Assembly (NCBI GenBank): GCA_947168625.1
Contig: CAMVMQ010000001.1
Coordinates: 1-55,444, forward strand
Direction: 5' to 3'
Origin: an uncultured Bacillales bacterium
Lineage (GTDB): Bacteria; Bacillota_I; Bacilli_A; RF39; UBA660
Length of the DNA stretch: 55,444 nucleotides
The notes beneath the pieces were generated by a model. It was not told where the DNA came from and did not search any database. It saw nothing but the letters and a program-made list of their open reading frames with translations. Below are positions 16,075-25,147 of the stretch, one piece after another (position 1 is the stretch's first letter; each line of letters begins with the position of its first letter). Position numbers and translations under genes: made by a program.

Positions 16075-16923
16075 ATGATTGGCAAAATAATTAAGGTTAA
16101 TGATTTTAAATTTGTCTATGGACAAGATACTATGTATATTACTGTTTTTGGGGCTTTTAAGAATAGTAAGAATGGAGAAAAGTATATTGTTTATAGTTAT
16201 GACGGTAAGAAAATATATTATGGTTCTTTCTTCATTAAGGAAAAAGTTGGTACTATTATGATGTCTAAAAATTCTAAGAAAGATGATGTTAAGAATTTTA
16301 TTGATAGTTTACTATCTGGTAAAAGTAATAAGGAAATTGAAATTATAAATTTAGATGTTGTTGATAGTGTTCAAATAATAGATGAAATTTTATTTGATTT
16401 GGATGTTGATGTAAATAAACTTATAGATATAACGATTCCTAAAAGTTCTGATAATAGTTCTAGTAGTAATGTAGTTGTAACTAATAAAAGTAGAATATTT
16501 ACCTTGGTGATTATTCTTATTCTTTTAATTTTGGGAATTGTTTTTATGATTGTTACTAAGTATATTAGTGATAATACTGAAGAATATATTTGTAATAAGG
16601 ATTATCTTTCTCAGGAAGTTCCTGCTAATGTTATAGATGAAGTTTTATTATCTTTTAATTATCGTAATAATTTAACTAGTATGGTAAAGAGGATTAGTTA
16701 TATTTTCGATGATAATAAATATTATATGGAGTTTAAAAATAAGAGTTATTTTTATAAATATATAGATGATGCTGATTCTTATAAATTTATTGATGAAGAA
16801 AAAACTTATCGTTTATTTGATAATGTTGATGTTGAAAATGATTTTTTCTTACCTAAAGATAAGCATGATCTTCTTAATTATTATAGAAGTGATGGTTATA
16901 CGTGCAGTTTAGAAGAAGAGTGA
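16075..16923 (+). CDS. Hypothetical protein with a central TM helix and a C-terminal domain resembling that of the 11944 lipoprotein
   Basis: GGGAGG RBS. TM helix IFTLVIILILLILGIVFMIV. The C-terminal domain starts EEYICNKD and ends YYRSDGYTC, parallel to LTCTTEN...ANRGLTC in the 11944 protein. Confidence 0.4.
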   Translation: MIGKIIKVNDFKFVYGQDTMYITVFGAFKNSKNGEKYIVYSYDGKKIYYGSFFIKEKVGTIMMSKNSKKDDVKNFIDSLLSGKSNKEIEIINLDVVDSVQIIDEILFDLDVDVNKLIDITIPKSSDNSSSSNVVVTNKSRIFTLVIILILLILGIVFMIVTKYISDNTEEYICNKDYLSQEVPANVIDEVLLSFNYRNNLTSMVKRISYIFDDNKYYMEFKNKSYFYKYIDDADSYKFIDEEKTYRLFDNVDVENDFFLPKDKHDLLNYYRSDGYTCSLEEE

Positions 16924-16932
16924 TTTTAGATT

Positions 16933-17880
16933 ATGAATTTTTATTTATTATATTGCAGTGATAAGTCTATTATAAATAATGAGTTAAGTAGTATTAAGTC
17001 TAAGTTAGCGATAGAAGAAGATGATATCATATATTATGATATTAATGATATTTCGAATATCGTTATGGAGGCTCAAACAATTAGTATGTTTTCTAATAAA
17101 AAATTATTAATTATTGATAGTACTAGTTATTTGGGAGATAAGAAAGATATAGATAACATTCAATTGTTAGAGGATTATTTTAGTAATTTTAATTCCAATA
17201 CTTATATGATTTTTATATCTTATAGTGATTCAGTTGATTCGAGACGCAAACTTGTTAAGTTGATTGGTTCAAAGGGAATTAGTAAGAAGTTAGATGCAAA
17301 TGATAGTTATTTAGAAGATTATATTCTTAATTATACGAAAGATAATGGGTATAAATTTGATAAAACACTTTGTTTGTATTTGATGAGTAGATGTGGTCAT
17401 AACTTAGATAATTTAAGGAATGAACTTGATAAGTTAATGTTATATAAGATTGATAGTAAAGTGATAACGAAGGAAGATATAAATAAACTTACTAATGAGA
17501 ATATTGAAGATTCTATATTTGACTTGGTTAGTGCTATTATAAAAAAAGATAGTTCAAAGGCTATTAGACTTTATAATAATTTTGCTTTAGATGGTATGGA
17601 TGCTAGCCAGATTATTAATTTACTTGCTTCACAAGTTAGGCTTTTATTTCAAGTTAAAAGATTATATAATGAGGGAAAGAGTAATGATGAAATTGCTAAA
17701 ATATTAGAATTTAGAAGTGTATATAGAGTTAAATATTTGCTTAGTGATAGTTATTATTATACGGAAAAGGAATTACTTAAATTTTTATCTGATTTAGCTC
17801 TATTAGATAGAGATATTAAATTGGGTTTAAGGGATGGGAATGTTGGTATAGAATTATTGATTACTAAAAAAGATATGTAA
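16933..17880 (+). CDS. holA: DNA polymerase III delta subunit
   Basis: 315 aa. N-terminal FYLLYCSDKSIINNEL, the LIID...pattern and a C-terminal helical domain are typical of HolA. The call is from general similarity only. Confidence 0.65.
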   Translation: MNFYLLYCSDKSIINNELSSIKSKLAIEEDDIIYYDINDISNIVMEAQTISMFSNKKLLIIDSTSYLGDKKDIDNIQLLEDYFSNFNSNTYMIFISYSDSVDSRRKLVKLIGSKGISKKLDANDSYLEDYILNYTKDNGYKFDKTLCLYLMSRCGHNLDNLRNELDKLMLYKIDSKVITKEDINKLTNENIEDSIFDLVSAIIKKDSSKAIRLYNNFALDGMDASQIINLLASQVRLLFQVKRLYNEGKSNDEIAKILEFRSVYRVKYLLSDSYYYTEKELLKFLSDLALLDRDIKLGLRDGNVGIELLITKKDM

Positions 17881-17885
17881 TATGC

Positions 17886-18092
17886 TTACATACCTTTTTT
17901 TATATTGAATAATAATGTGTTTTTTTCTTCATCTGAACTATTATTCCATGCAAGTTCAAAGAGTACTCCAAGGCCTATAAGGGTATCATCGTCTTTTGAT
18001 GATATTGATTCCTCAATAGATGCTTTTATTTCTTCTGGAGTGTCTTCTTTAAAGTTATTGATTATATATGCTCGTACATCTATGTTATCCAT
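17886..18092 (-). CDS. sspI: Small acid-soluble spore protein SspI
   Basis: MDNIDVRAYIINNFKEDTPEEIKASIEESISSKDDDTLIGLGVLFELAWNNSSDEEKNTLL parallels B. subtilis SspI (...GEEKMLPGLGVLFE..W...S..EK). The ATG at 18092 follows GGTGA. Confidence 0.7.
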   Translation of the reverse strand: MDNIDVRAYIINNFKEDTPEEIKASIEESISSKDDDTLIGLGVLFELAWNNSSDEEKNTLLFNIKKGM

Positions 18093-18181
18093 AATTATCA
18101 CCATTATTATAATGGACTATTATTTATAATTTATACCTTGATTATAAATATTTAGTATGTTATTCTAGTGGTGGTGATATT

Positions 18182-19258
18182 ATGTCTGTGTATATTCATA
18201 TTCCTTTTTGTAGAAGTATTTGTTCATACTGTGATTTTTGTAAGATTATATATGATAAAAAATTTGTTAATCGTTATTTAGATATGTTGGAAATGGAAAT
18301 TAAAAATAGATATAAGGGTGATGAAGTATATACTATCTTTATAGGAGGAGGAACTCCTACTAGTTTGAATTATGATGAACTTAAAAAGTTACTTGATATT
18401 ACTTTATTATTTAAGAAAAATAATTCTTTAGAATTTACTGTAGAAAGTAACGTTGAATCTATTGATGAAGCTAAGCTTAAATTACTTAAGGAATATGGGG
18501 TTAATAGAATAAGCATAGGAGTACAGTCTTTTAATGATAGTGTTTTAAAATTATTAAGAAGAAGTCATAGAAAAAAAGATGTATTAGAAAAAATTAGGTT
18601 AGTTAAAAAGTATTTTAATAATATTAATATCGATTTAATATATGCTGCTTATGATGATATTGATATTTTAAAAAATGATTTAGAGTGTTTTTTAAGTTTG
18701 GGAATAAATCATATTTCTACATATAGTTTGATGATTGAAGATCATACTGTACTTGGAATTGAGAATTTTAAAAATATTGATGAAGATCTTGATTATGAGA
18801 TGTATAAATATATTGAAAGTATTTTAGAAAAAAATGGGTATAGGCATTATGAGATAAGCAATTATGCCAAGAAAGGGTATGAGTCAAAACATAACTTAGT
18901 ATATTGGAATAATGATTACTATTATGGCTTTGGTTTATCTAGTACAAGTTATATTGACGGAGTTAGAAGTATTAATGTGAAAAATTTATCTAAGTATTTA
19001 AATGGTATTTTTGTTAATAGTGAAGATGATGAAAGTATTAAGATGCAAATGGATAATGAAGTAATGCTTGGGCTTAGGAAGATAGATGGTATTTCTCTTA
19101 GTAATTTTAAGAAGAAGTTTAACAAAGATTTAATGAGTGTTTTTGATATTTATGATTTAATTAGAAATAATTATTTAATTAGAGATGGAGATATGATTTA
19201 TATTAATAAGAAATATTTATATGTATCTAATGAAATAATAGAGAAAATTATTTTTTAG
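18182..19258 (+). CDS. hemW: Radical SAM heme chaperone HemW (HemN-like, oxygen-independent coproporphyrinogen oxidase family)
   Basis: YIHIPFCRSICSYCDFCK radical SAM motif, then GGGTPT, RISIGVQSF and HISTYSL blocks. Confidence 0.8.
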   Translation: MSVYIHIPFCRSICSYCDFCKIIYDKKFVNRYLDMLEMEIKNRYKGDEVYTIFIGGGTPTSLNYDELKKLLDITLLFKKNNSLEFTVESNVESIDEAKLKLLKEYGVNRISIGVQSFNDSVLKLLRRSHRKKDVLEKIRLVKKYFNNINIDLIYAAYDDIDILKNDLECFLSLGINHISTYSLMIEDHTVLGIENFKNIDEDLDYEMYKYIESILEKNGYRHYEISNYAKKGYESKHNLVYWNNDYYYGFGLSSTSYIDGVRSINVKNLSKYLNGIFVNSEDDESIKMQMDNEVMLGLRKIDGISLSNFKKKFNKDLMSVFDIYDLIRNNYLIRDGDMIYINKKYLYVSNEIIEKIIF

Positions 19259-19274
19259 TGTGGTTTTAAGGGTA

Positions 19275-19303
19275 TTGACAAAAGAAAGAATAATGCCTAT
19301 AAT
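19275..19303 (+). promoter_or_regulatory. Consensus sigma-A promoter of the thrS leader
   Basis: TTGACA at 19275-19280, 17-nt spacer, TATAAT at 19298-19303. Confidence 0.7.
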
Positions 19304-19309
19304 ATAATT

Positions 19310-19516
19310 GTATTTGAAATCAATGAGAAGGACATGATTATTTATTTTTATTTATAGAGAGTTAGCGTTTGGTGTAAGCTAATAATAATTTTAAATGATT
19401 ACTACCTTTGAGTGGACTCGAAAGATGTTCCCGGTGATACACCGTTAAAAAAAATTAAGATCAAAGATGGATGGTACCGTGATTTTGTCACTCCATTGAT
19501 TGGTCTTTTTATTTTT
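19310..19516 (+). promoter_or_regulatory. T-box riboswitch leader (threonine specifier) with intrinsic terminator
   Basis: Stem I AG-bulge AGAGAG (19356-19361) and distal-loop GGTGTAA (19371-19377). ACT-ACC threonine codons at 19401-19406. Stem III CGGTG-ATA-CACCG. T-box core AAAGATGGATGGTACCGTG (19463-19481). Terminator arms GATCAAAGATGG (19459-19470) and CCATTGATTGGTC (19493-19505) followed by TTTTTATTTTT. Confidence 0.8.
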
Positions 19517-19554
19517 GATGGGAGATAAATTAATAATAATGAGGAGGAAGAAAA

Positions 19555-21309
19555 ATGATAAATATTAAAGAAAATGAAGATTTAAATAAGTTAAATCACT
19601 CTTGTGCACATTTGATGGCTCAAGCTGTAAAACACTTATATCCAGAAGCTAAGTTCTGGGTAGGTCCTGTAATAGAGGAAGGTTTTTATTACGATATTGA
19701 TTTAGGTGACAACGTTATAACCGAAGAAGATTTACCTAGAATTGAAAAAGAAATGAAAAAATTATCTAAAGATGGAAAAAGAATCGTAAGACATGAAATA
19801 AGCAAAGAAGAAGCTCTAGACATGTTTAAGGATGATCCATATAAAGTAGATTTAATATCAAGAATGGATGAAGATAATACTATAATTAGTTGTTATACTC
19901 AAGGCGACTTTACTGACCTTTGTAGGGGACCTCATGTTGATACAGTAAAAGAATTAAAATATTTTAAATTAATAAAGTTTTCCGGAGCTTACTGGAAAGG
20001 GGACGCTAAAAATAAAATGCTTCAAAGAATATATGGAGTATGTTTTAGAAATGAAGAAGATTTAAATGAGTATCTAAATGAATTAGAAGAAAGAAAAAAT
20101 AGAGATCATCGTAAAATAGGTAAGGAATTAGGAATCTTTATGTCTGATGATTTAGTAGGTAAAGGGCTTCCAATGTATCTACCAAATGGATATATAATAT
20201 GGGAAGAACTAGAAAACTATATCAAAGGAAAAGAAAAAAAATTAAATTATCAGCATGTCTTAACTCCTTGTGTTGGAAATGTTGAGTTATATAAGACCAG
20301 TGGTCATTGGGATCACTATAAAGAAAATATGTTCCCTGCTATGAAAGTAGATGAGGAAGAATTTGTCTTAAGACCAATGAATTGTCCACATCATATGATG
20401 ATATATGCTGGCAGTCTTCACTCATACAAAGATTTACCAATTAGAATAGGAGAAATAGCTCATGACTTTAGATTTGAAGCATCCGGTGCCCTAAAAGGTA
20501 TTGAAAGAGGAAGACATTTCTGTCAAAATGACGCTCACCTTTTTGTAACTCCAGAACAAATAAAAGATGAATTCAAATCCGTTGTAGATCTAATCTTTGA
20601 TGTCTATAAAGATTTTAATATCACTAATTATAGATGTGTATTATCATTAAGAGATCCTGAAGATAAAGAAAAATATCATCCAGATGATGAAATGTGGAAT
20701 AAAGCTGAAAATGAATTAAGAGAGGTTTTAAATGATTTAGGAATAGAATATACCGAAGAAATAGGAGAGGCAGCCTTCTATGGACCTAAATTAGATGTTA
20801 ATGTAAAACCTGCTGTTGGTCCAGAAATTACATTATCTACTTGTCAACTAGATTTCTGTTTACCAGCTAAATTTGATTTAAAATATGTTGATAAAGATGG
20901 AAGTAAGAAAACCCCAGTAGTACTACATAGAGCAATATTAGGTTCATTAGATAGATTTATGGCCTATATTCTAGAAGAAACAAAAGGAGTATTACCATTA
21001 TGGCTTTCTCCTGTTCAAGTAGAAATAATTCCTGTAAATAATGAATATCACTTAGAGTATGCTAATAAATTATTTGATTTATTAAAAGAAAATAACTTTA
21101 GAGTAGAACTAGATTCTAGGGATGAAAAAATGGGTTATAAAATAAGAGAAGCTCAAACAAGGAAAATACCTTATACATTAGTACTTGGTAATAATGAAAG
21201 AGATAATAATACAGTGACATATCGTAAGTATGGTGAAGAGAAAACTACTACTGTTACTAGTGAAGAATTTATTACTATGATTAATAATCAAAGAAAAGAA
21301 TATAAGTAA
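19555..21309 (+). CDS. thrS: Threonyl-tRNA synthetase, short form lacking the N-terminal TGS domain
   Basis: It begins directly in the editing domain (HSCAHLMAQAVKHLYPEAKFWVGPVIEEGFYYD). Class II motifs include RPMNCPHH and FCQNDAHLF, and an anticodon-binding domain is present. GAGGAGGAAG RBS. 584 aa versus about 640 aa in the Bacillus enzyme. Confidence 0.9.
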   Translation: MINIKENEDLNKLNHSCAHLMAQAVKHLYPEAKFWVGPVIEEGFYYDIDLGDNVITEEDLPRIEKEMKKLSKDGKRIVRHEISKEEALDMFKDDPYKVDLISRMDEDNTIISCYTQGDFTDLCRGPHVDTVKELKYFKLIKFSGAYWKGDAKNKMLQRIYGVCFRNEEDLNEYLNELEERKNRDHRKIGKELGIFMSDDLVGKGLPMYLPNGYIIWEELENYIKGKEKKLNYQHVLTPCVGNVELYKTSGHWDHYKENMFPAMKVDEEEFVLRPMNCPHHMMIYAGSLHSYKDLPIRIGEIAHDFRFEASGALKGIERGRHFCQNDAHLFVTPEQIKDEFKSVVDLIFDVYKDFNITNYRCVLSLRDPEDKEKYHPDDEMWNKAENELREVLNDLGIEYTEEIGEAAFYGPKLDVNVKPAVGPEITLSTCQLDFCLPAKFDLKYVDKDGSKKTPVVLHRAILGSLDRFMAYILEETKGVLPLWLSPVQVEIIPVNNEYHLEYANKLFDLLKENNFRVELDSRDEKMGYKIREAQTRKIPYTLVLGNNERDNNTVTYRKYGEEKTTTVTSEEFITMINNQRKEYK

Positions 21310-21317
21310 GAGAAGTT

Positions 21318-21345
21318 AAGGAACAATAAAAAGTTCCTTTTTTTC
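21318..21345 (+). terminator. Rho-independent terminator after thrS
   Basis: AAGGAAC / GTTCCTT hairpin followed by a T-run. Confidence 0.65.
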
Positions 21346-21411
21346 TTCAATTATCATTCTTTATTAGTGGACTTTTACCTTAAACCATAGTACAATATTA
21401 TTGGAGGAGTA

Positions 21412-22500
21412 ATGGAAGAGAAAGCGATTGAAATATTAAATATATTAACAGAAAATGGTTATGAAGCTTATATAGTAGGAGGTTATCCTCGTGATAAGGC
21501 TCTTGGTATTAAAACGAATGATATTGATATATGTACCTCTGCTACTCCTAAGGAAATATTAGGATTTTTTGATAATGTTAAGGTACCAGATATGCAATAT
21601 GGCAGTGTTGTTATTTTTTATAAAGGTTATAAATATGATGTAACTACTTTCCGTAAAGAAATTAAATATGAAGATAACCGAAGACCGATAAAAATTAAAT
21701 ATATTAAAAATTTAAAAAAAGACTTGTTAAGAAGAGATTTTACTATTAATACTTTATGTATTAACAAAGATGGAGAAATAATTGATGTTTTAGGTATTAA
21801 AGATGATTTAGTAAATAAAATATTGAGAACTGTTGGTAATCCTAAATATCGTATTAAAGAAGATGCGCTTCGTATTTTAAGATGTATTAGATTTGCTACT
21901 ATATTAGATTTTGATATTGATTCTAAAACTAAACATTATTTGACTAAATATAGTTATTTATTAAAAAAATTATCAATGAATCGTAAGAAAGAAGAATTAG
22001 ATAAGATTTTTATGTCTCCTAATAAAGGTAAGGGAATTAATTTACTTATTGGTTTAAACTTAACTAATGTTTTAGATATAAATAATCTTTCAAGGATAGT
22101 ACCATGTATGGATATTATTGGCATGTGGTGTCAGTTAGATGTTGATGATATCTATCCTTTTACTAAGGTTGAAAAAGAACATATGTGTTTATTAAGAGAA
22201 TTACTTGCTTACGATGAAATTGATAATTATCTCTTATATAAATATGGATTATATTTGTGTACGGTTTATGCTGATATTAAGGGTCTTTCAAAGAGAAAAC
22301 TAAATACGATGTATCAAAATTTAGCTATAAAGTCGAAGAAAGATATAGTGGTATCAAGTAGCGATATACCTAAAATATTAAATAAAAAACCTGGTGGGTA
22401 TATTAAAAGTATTATTGATGATATTGAAAAGAAAATATTAAATAATGAATTAGAGAATGATTATGATATATTAAAAACATATATTTTAAATAGTTACTAG
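21412..22500 (+). CDS. cca: CCA-adding tRNA nucleotidyltransferase
   Basis: YIVGGYPRDKALGIKTNDIDICT, then RRDFTINTL and EDALRILRCIRFA motifs. Confidence 0.8.
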   Translation: MEEKAIEILNILTENGYEAYIVGGYPRDKALGIKTNDIDICTSATPKEILGFFDNVKVPDMQYGSVVIFYKGYKYDVTTFRKEIKYEDNRRPIKIKYIKNLKKDLLRRDFTINTLCINKDGEIIDVLGIKDDLVNKILRTVGNPKYRIKEDALRILRCIRFATILDFDIDSKTKHYLTKYSYLLKKLSMNRKKEELDKIFMSPNKGKGINLLIGLNLTNVLDINNLSRIVPCMDIIGMWCQLDVDDIYPFTKVEKEHMCLLRELLAYDEIDNYLLYKYGLYLCTVYADIKGLSKRKLNTMYQNLAIKSKKDIVVSSSDIPKILNKKPGGYIKSIIDDIEKKILNNELENDYDILKTYILNSY

Positions 22501-22517
22501 ATAGAGAAGGTGAAGGT

Positions 22518-22916
22518 ATGAGAAAAAAGATAATACTGGGTATAATTATTTTAATGATAATCTTACTAGGCGTATTACTATTAATAATCATACCGCCACT
22601 TAAAAATAATAATTATAAAGAAGAACTAAAGAATAATATTTATACTAATACGAAGTTAAAGAAGATAAATAATGTATATAAGGATAATAATTATTATATT
22701 GTTAAAACAAAAGATAAAGTAGTTGTTTTTGATTTGAATTATGATGAAGTATATACTAAAGAGAAAGTAATAGATGGAAATGGTATGTCTCTATCTTATC
22801 GACGTGGTAAATTATACTATAAAGAAAGAGTAAGAAAGAAAGGTAAACTTATTTATAATTTTTATAGTACTAATGATTTGTCTTTAGTTTTTACTTCTTC
22901 AGTAGGAGGTATTTAA
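22518..22916 (+). CDS. Hypothetical N-terminally anchored membrane protein
   Basis: GAAGGTGAAGG RBS and one TM helix (IILGIIILMIILLGVLLLIII). No recognizable domain. Confidence 0.4.
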   Translation: MRKKIILGIIILMIILLGVLLLIIIPPLKNNNYKEELKNNIYTNTKLKKINNVYKDNNYYIVKTKDKVVVFDLNYDEVYTKEKVIDGNGMSLSYRRGKLYYKERVRKKGKLIYNFYSTNDLSLVFTSSVGGI

Positions 22917-23567
22917 ATGGAAGAGGTAGAAAATTTATTAAGAGAAAGACCTATTGTCTTACCAAGATATTTATTTAATTACTATTTTAGATTGGGTATT
23001 ACTTCTGAAGAATTAATAATCTTAATATTGATAATTGATAAAGGGAATAAAATAATCTATAATCCAGAAGATATTTCTTTATCTATTGGAATGGATAAAT
23101 ATAAGGTAATGGAACTACTTAATAATTTAAATGAAAAGAAAATTATTTCAATTTCTGTAGAAAAGAATAGTGATGGTAAAAGAGAAGAATATATCTCTTT
23201 AGATTTATTGTATAAGAAAATAATGGGTATTATTTTAGATAACAATAATGAGGAAAAGACTCTTGATAATAGTGATATTTACTCTATTTTTGAAAAAGAG
23301 TTTGGAAGAACTATTTCTCCTATGGAATGTGAAATAATAAAGGGATGGATTGATGATAAATTTTCTTTCGAACTTATATTAGAGGGATTAAAAGAGGCTA
23401 TTTATAATGGTGCTAATAGTTTAAGATATATTGAAAAGATTTTATATGATTGGCGTAAAAAAGGATATAAGACAAAAGAAGATGTTATAAATGCTAAAAC
23501 TAAATATCGTGAAAGCAAGAAAGATGTCAAGGATATTTTTCATTATGATTGGTTAAATGATGATTAG
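22917..23567 (+). CDS. dnaD: DnaD-domain replication initiation / membrane attachment protein
   Basis: The C-terminal FEKEFGRTISPMECEIIKGWIDD...LRYIEKILYDWRKKGYKT is the DnaD/DnaB_2 domain. It sits upstream of nth, as in B. subtilis. Confidence 0.75.
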   Translation: MEEVENLLRERPIVLPRYLFNYYFRLGITSEELIILILIIDKGNKIIYNPEDISLSIGMDKYKVMELLNNLNEKKIISISVEKNSDGKREEYISLDLLYKKIMGIILDNNNEEKTLDNSDIYSIFEKEFGRTISPMECEIIKGWIDDKFSFELILEGLKEAIYNGANSLRYIEKILYDWRKKGYKTKEDVINAKTKYRESKKDVKDIFHYDWLNDD

Positions 23568-24183
23568 TATTCTTTTAGATTATTTAAATGAATTATATCC
23601 GAATGCAATATGTGAACTTAAATATAATAAGGATTATGAATTATTGCTTGCTATTGTGATGTCTGCTCAAACTACTGATAAAAGGGTAAATGAAGTAAAT
23701 AGTATTCTTTTTACTAGATATGATTCTTTAGAAAAGTTAGCTAATGCTGAAATAAAAGATATTGAAGATATTATTAAGCCAATTGGTACTTATAAAAAGA
23801 AAAGTATTTTTATTAAAGAGATTTGCCAAAGATTAGTAAATGATAAGATAGTTAAATTACCAAATAATAGAGAGTATTTAGAAAGTCTTCCTGGTGTTGG
23901 AAGAAAAACTGCTAATGTGTTTTTATCAGTTATTTATAATGAACCTGCAATAGCGGTAGATACTCATGTAGCTAGAGTAAGTAAGAGATTATTACTTGCT
24001 TCTGATGATGATTCTCCATTGATAATTGAACACAAACTAATGAAGAGAATACCTAAGGCTAGTTGGAGTATGGTTCATCATCAGTTGGTTTTTTTTGGCA
24101 GATATAAATGTAAAAGTATTAAACCAGATTGTTATAATTGTTTGTTAAAAGATTATTGTAATTATTATAAAAAAAGGAGATGA
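23557..24183 (+). CDS. nth: Endonuclease III
   Basis: HhH-GPD motif LPGVGRKTANV, catalytic-region VDTHV, and the C-terminal 4Fe-4S cluster C-X6-C-X2-C-X5-C (CKSIKPDCYNCLLKDYC). Confidence 0.9.
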   Translation: MMISILLDYLNELYPNAICELKYNKDYELLLAIVMSAQTTDKRVNEVNSILFTRYDSLEKLANAEIKDIEDIIKPIGTYKKKSIFIKEICQRLVNDKIVKLPNNREYLESLPGVGRKTANVFLSVIYNEPAIAVDTHVARVSKRLLLASDDDSPLIIEHKLMKRIPKASWSMVHHQLVFFGRYKCKSIKPDCYNCLLKDYCNYYKKRR

Positions 24184-24189
24184 TTTACT

Positions 24190-24264
24190 TTGAATAATGT
24201 GATTAGAGAAATTTTCACTAATAATAACAATGTGTATTATGGGCATGGAACTAATGAAGTTTAA
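24190..24264 (+). CDS. Candidate 24-codon sORF (MNNVIREIFTNNNNVYYGHGTNEV) overlapping the rSAM start; hypothetical
   Basis: TTG start 9 nt after GGAGA (24176-24180), which is the only good SD between nth and the rSAM gene. Its TAA stop (24262-24264) overlaps the likely rSAM ATG at 24254. It is not in the ORF track because of its size. Confidence 0.2.
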   Translation: MNNVIREIFTNNNNVYYGHGTNEV

Positions 24265-25075
24265 AAGAATATATGTGGAAATAACTAATATTTGTAATTT
24301 AAATTGTTCTTTTTGTAGTAAATCTAGTCTTCCTAAAAGAGAAATGTCTTCTATTGAATTTGAAGAAGTACTAAAGAAAGTGAACGATTATACTGATTTT
24401 ATTTATCTTCATGTTAAAGGAGAACCTCTTTTACATAAGGATTTGAATAGTATATTCTCTCTTACTAAGAAATATAATAAAAAGGTTTGTATAACTACTA
24501 ATGGAGTATTTTTAAGAGAAAAACTTGATATACTAAATATGTATGATAATATTTATCAAATTAATATATCTCTTCATAGTGAAAATAAGAAAGATAATTA
24601 TCTTGAAGATATATTATTTGTTGTTGACAAATTAAAATATCCATATATTAGTCTTAGATTTTGGACTTTGGATAAGGGAATTATGGATAGTAGAACTAAG
24701 GTGTATTTAGATATAATTAAGAATAAATATAATATTAGTAAATTATTAAATAATACTAAATTAAAAGATAAGGTGTATTTAAGTTTAGATGATAAATTTA
24801 TTTGGCCAAGTATTAATAATGGGTACTATCAAGAAAATGGTACTTGTTATGGTGGAAAAAGTCATATTGCTATTTTAGCCGATGGTACTGTAAGTATATG
24901 TTGTTTAGATGGTGATGGAGTATCTAATCTTGGTAACGTTTTTAATAGTAGTTTAGAAGATGTACTTTCTAGTGAAAAGTATAGATCCGCTATTAAGGGA
25001 TTTCAAGATAATAAAGCTTTTCTTGATATATGTAAGCATTGTTCCTATAAAGAAAGATTTAATAATAAGAAATAG
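24254..25075 (+). CDS. Radical SAM enzyme with a C-terminal SPASM/twitch auxiliary-cluster domain
   Basis: ITNICNLNCSFC (CX3CX2C), then GEPLLH, then the C-terminal Cys pattern GTCYGG...ICCLDGDG...CKHCSY. The start is ambiguous (ATG at 24230, 24239, 24245 or 24254), and none of these has its own SD. Confidence 0.75.
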   Translation: MKFKRIYVEITNICNLNCSFCSKSSLPKREMSSIEFEEVLKKVNDYTDFIYLHVKGEPLLHKDLNSIFSLTKKYNKKVCITTNGVFLREKLDILNMYDNIYQINISLHSENKKDNYLEDILFVVDKLKYPYISLRFWTLDKGIMDSRTKVYLDIIKNKYNISKLLNNTKLKDKVYLSLDDKFIWPSINNGYYQENGTCYGGKSHIAILADGTVSICCLDGDGVSNLGNVFNSSLEDVLSSEKYRSAIKGFQDNKAFLDICKHCSYKERFNNKK

Positions 25076-25091
25076 TGTATTTAATAAAATG

Positions 25092-25121
25092 ATTGTAATG
25101 TATTAAGTAAAAATGATATAA
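25092..25121 (+). promoter_or_regulatory. Probable sigma-A promoter of asnB
   Basis: TTGTAA at 25092-25097, 18-nt spacer, extended -10 TGaTATAAT (TATAAT at 25116-25121). Confidence 0.45.
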
Positions 25122-25147
25122 TTTAAATATAGAAATGAGGTAATAAT

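Noticed and set aside
18108-18136. GTATA-N17-CATTATA on the minus strand upstream of sspI, considered as a sigma-G promoter.
   Set aside because: The -10 would end only ~6 nt from the GGTGA RBS, so the transcript would start inside the RBS. The geometry is implausible without experimental support.
19555-21309. thrS, and also the DUF1015 gene at 54240, look compositionally different. They use A-ending codons such as GGA, CCA, GTA and ATA, whereas neighbours use T-ending GGT, CCT, GTT and ATT. I considered horizontal acquisition.
   Set aside because: rpsT (40159-40428), a core highly expressed gene, shows the same A-ending style. Expression-linked codon bias is therefore the simpler explanation. 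The impression is by eye only and needs a codon-usage calculation.
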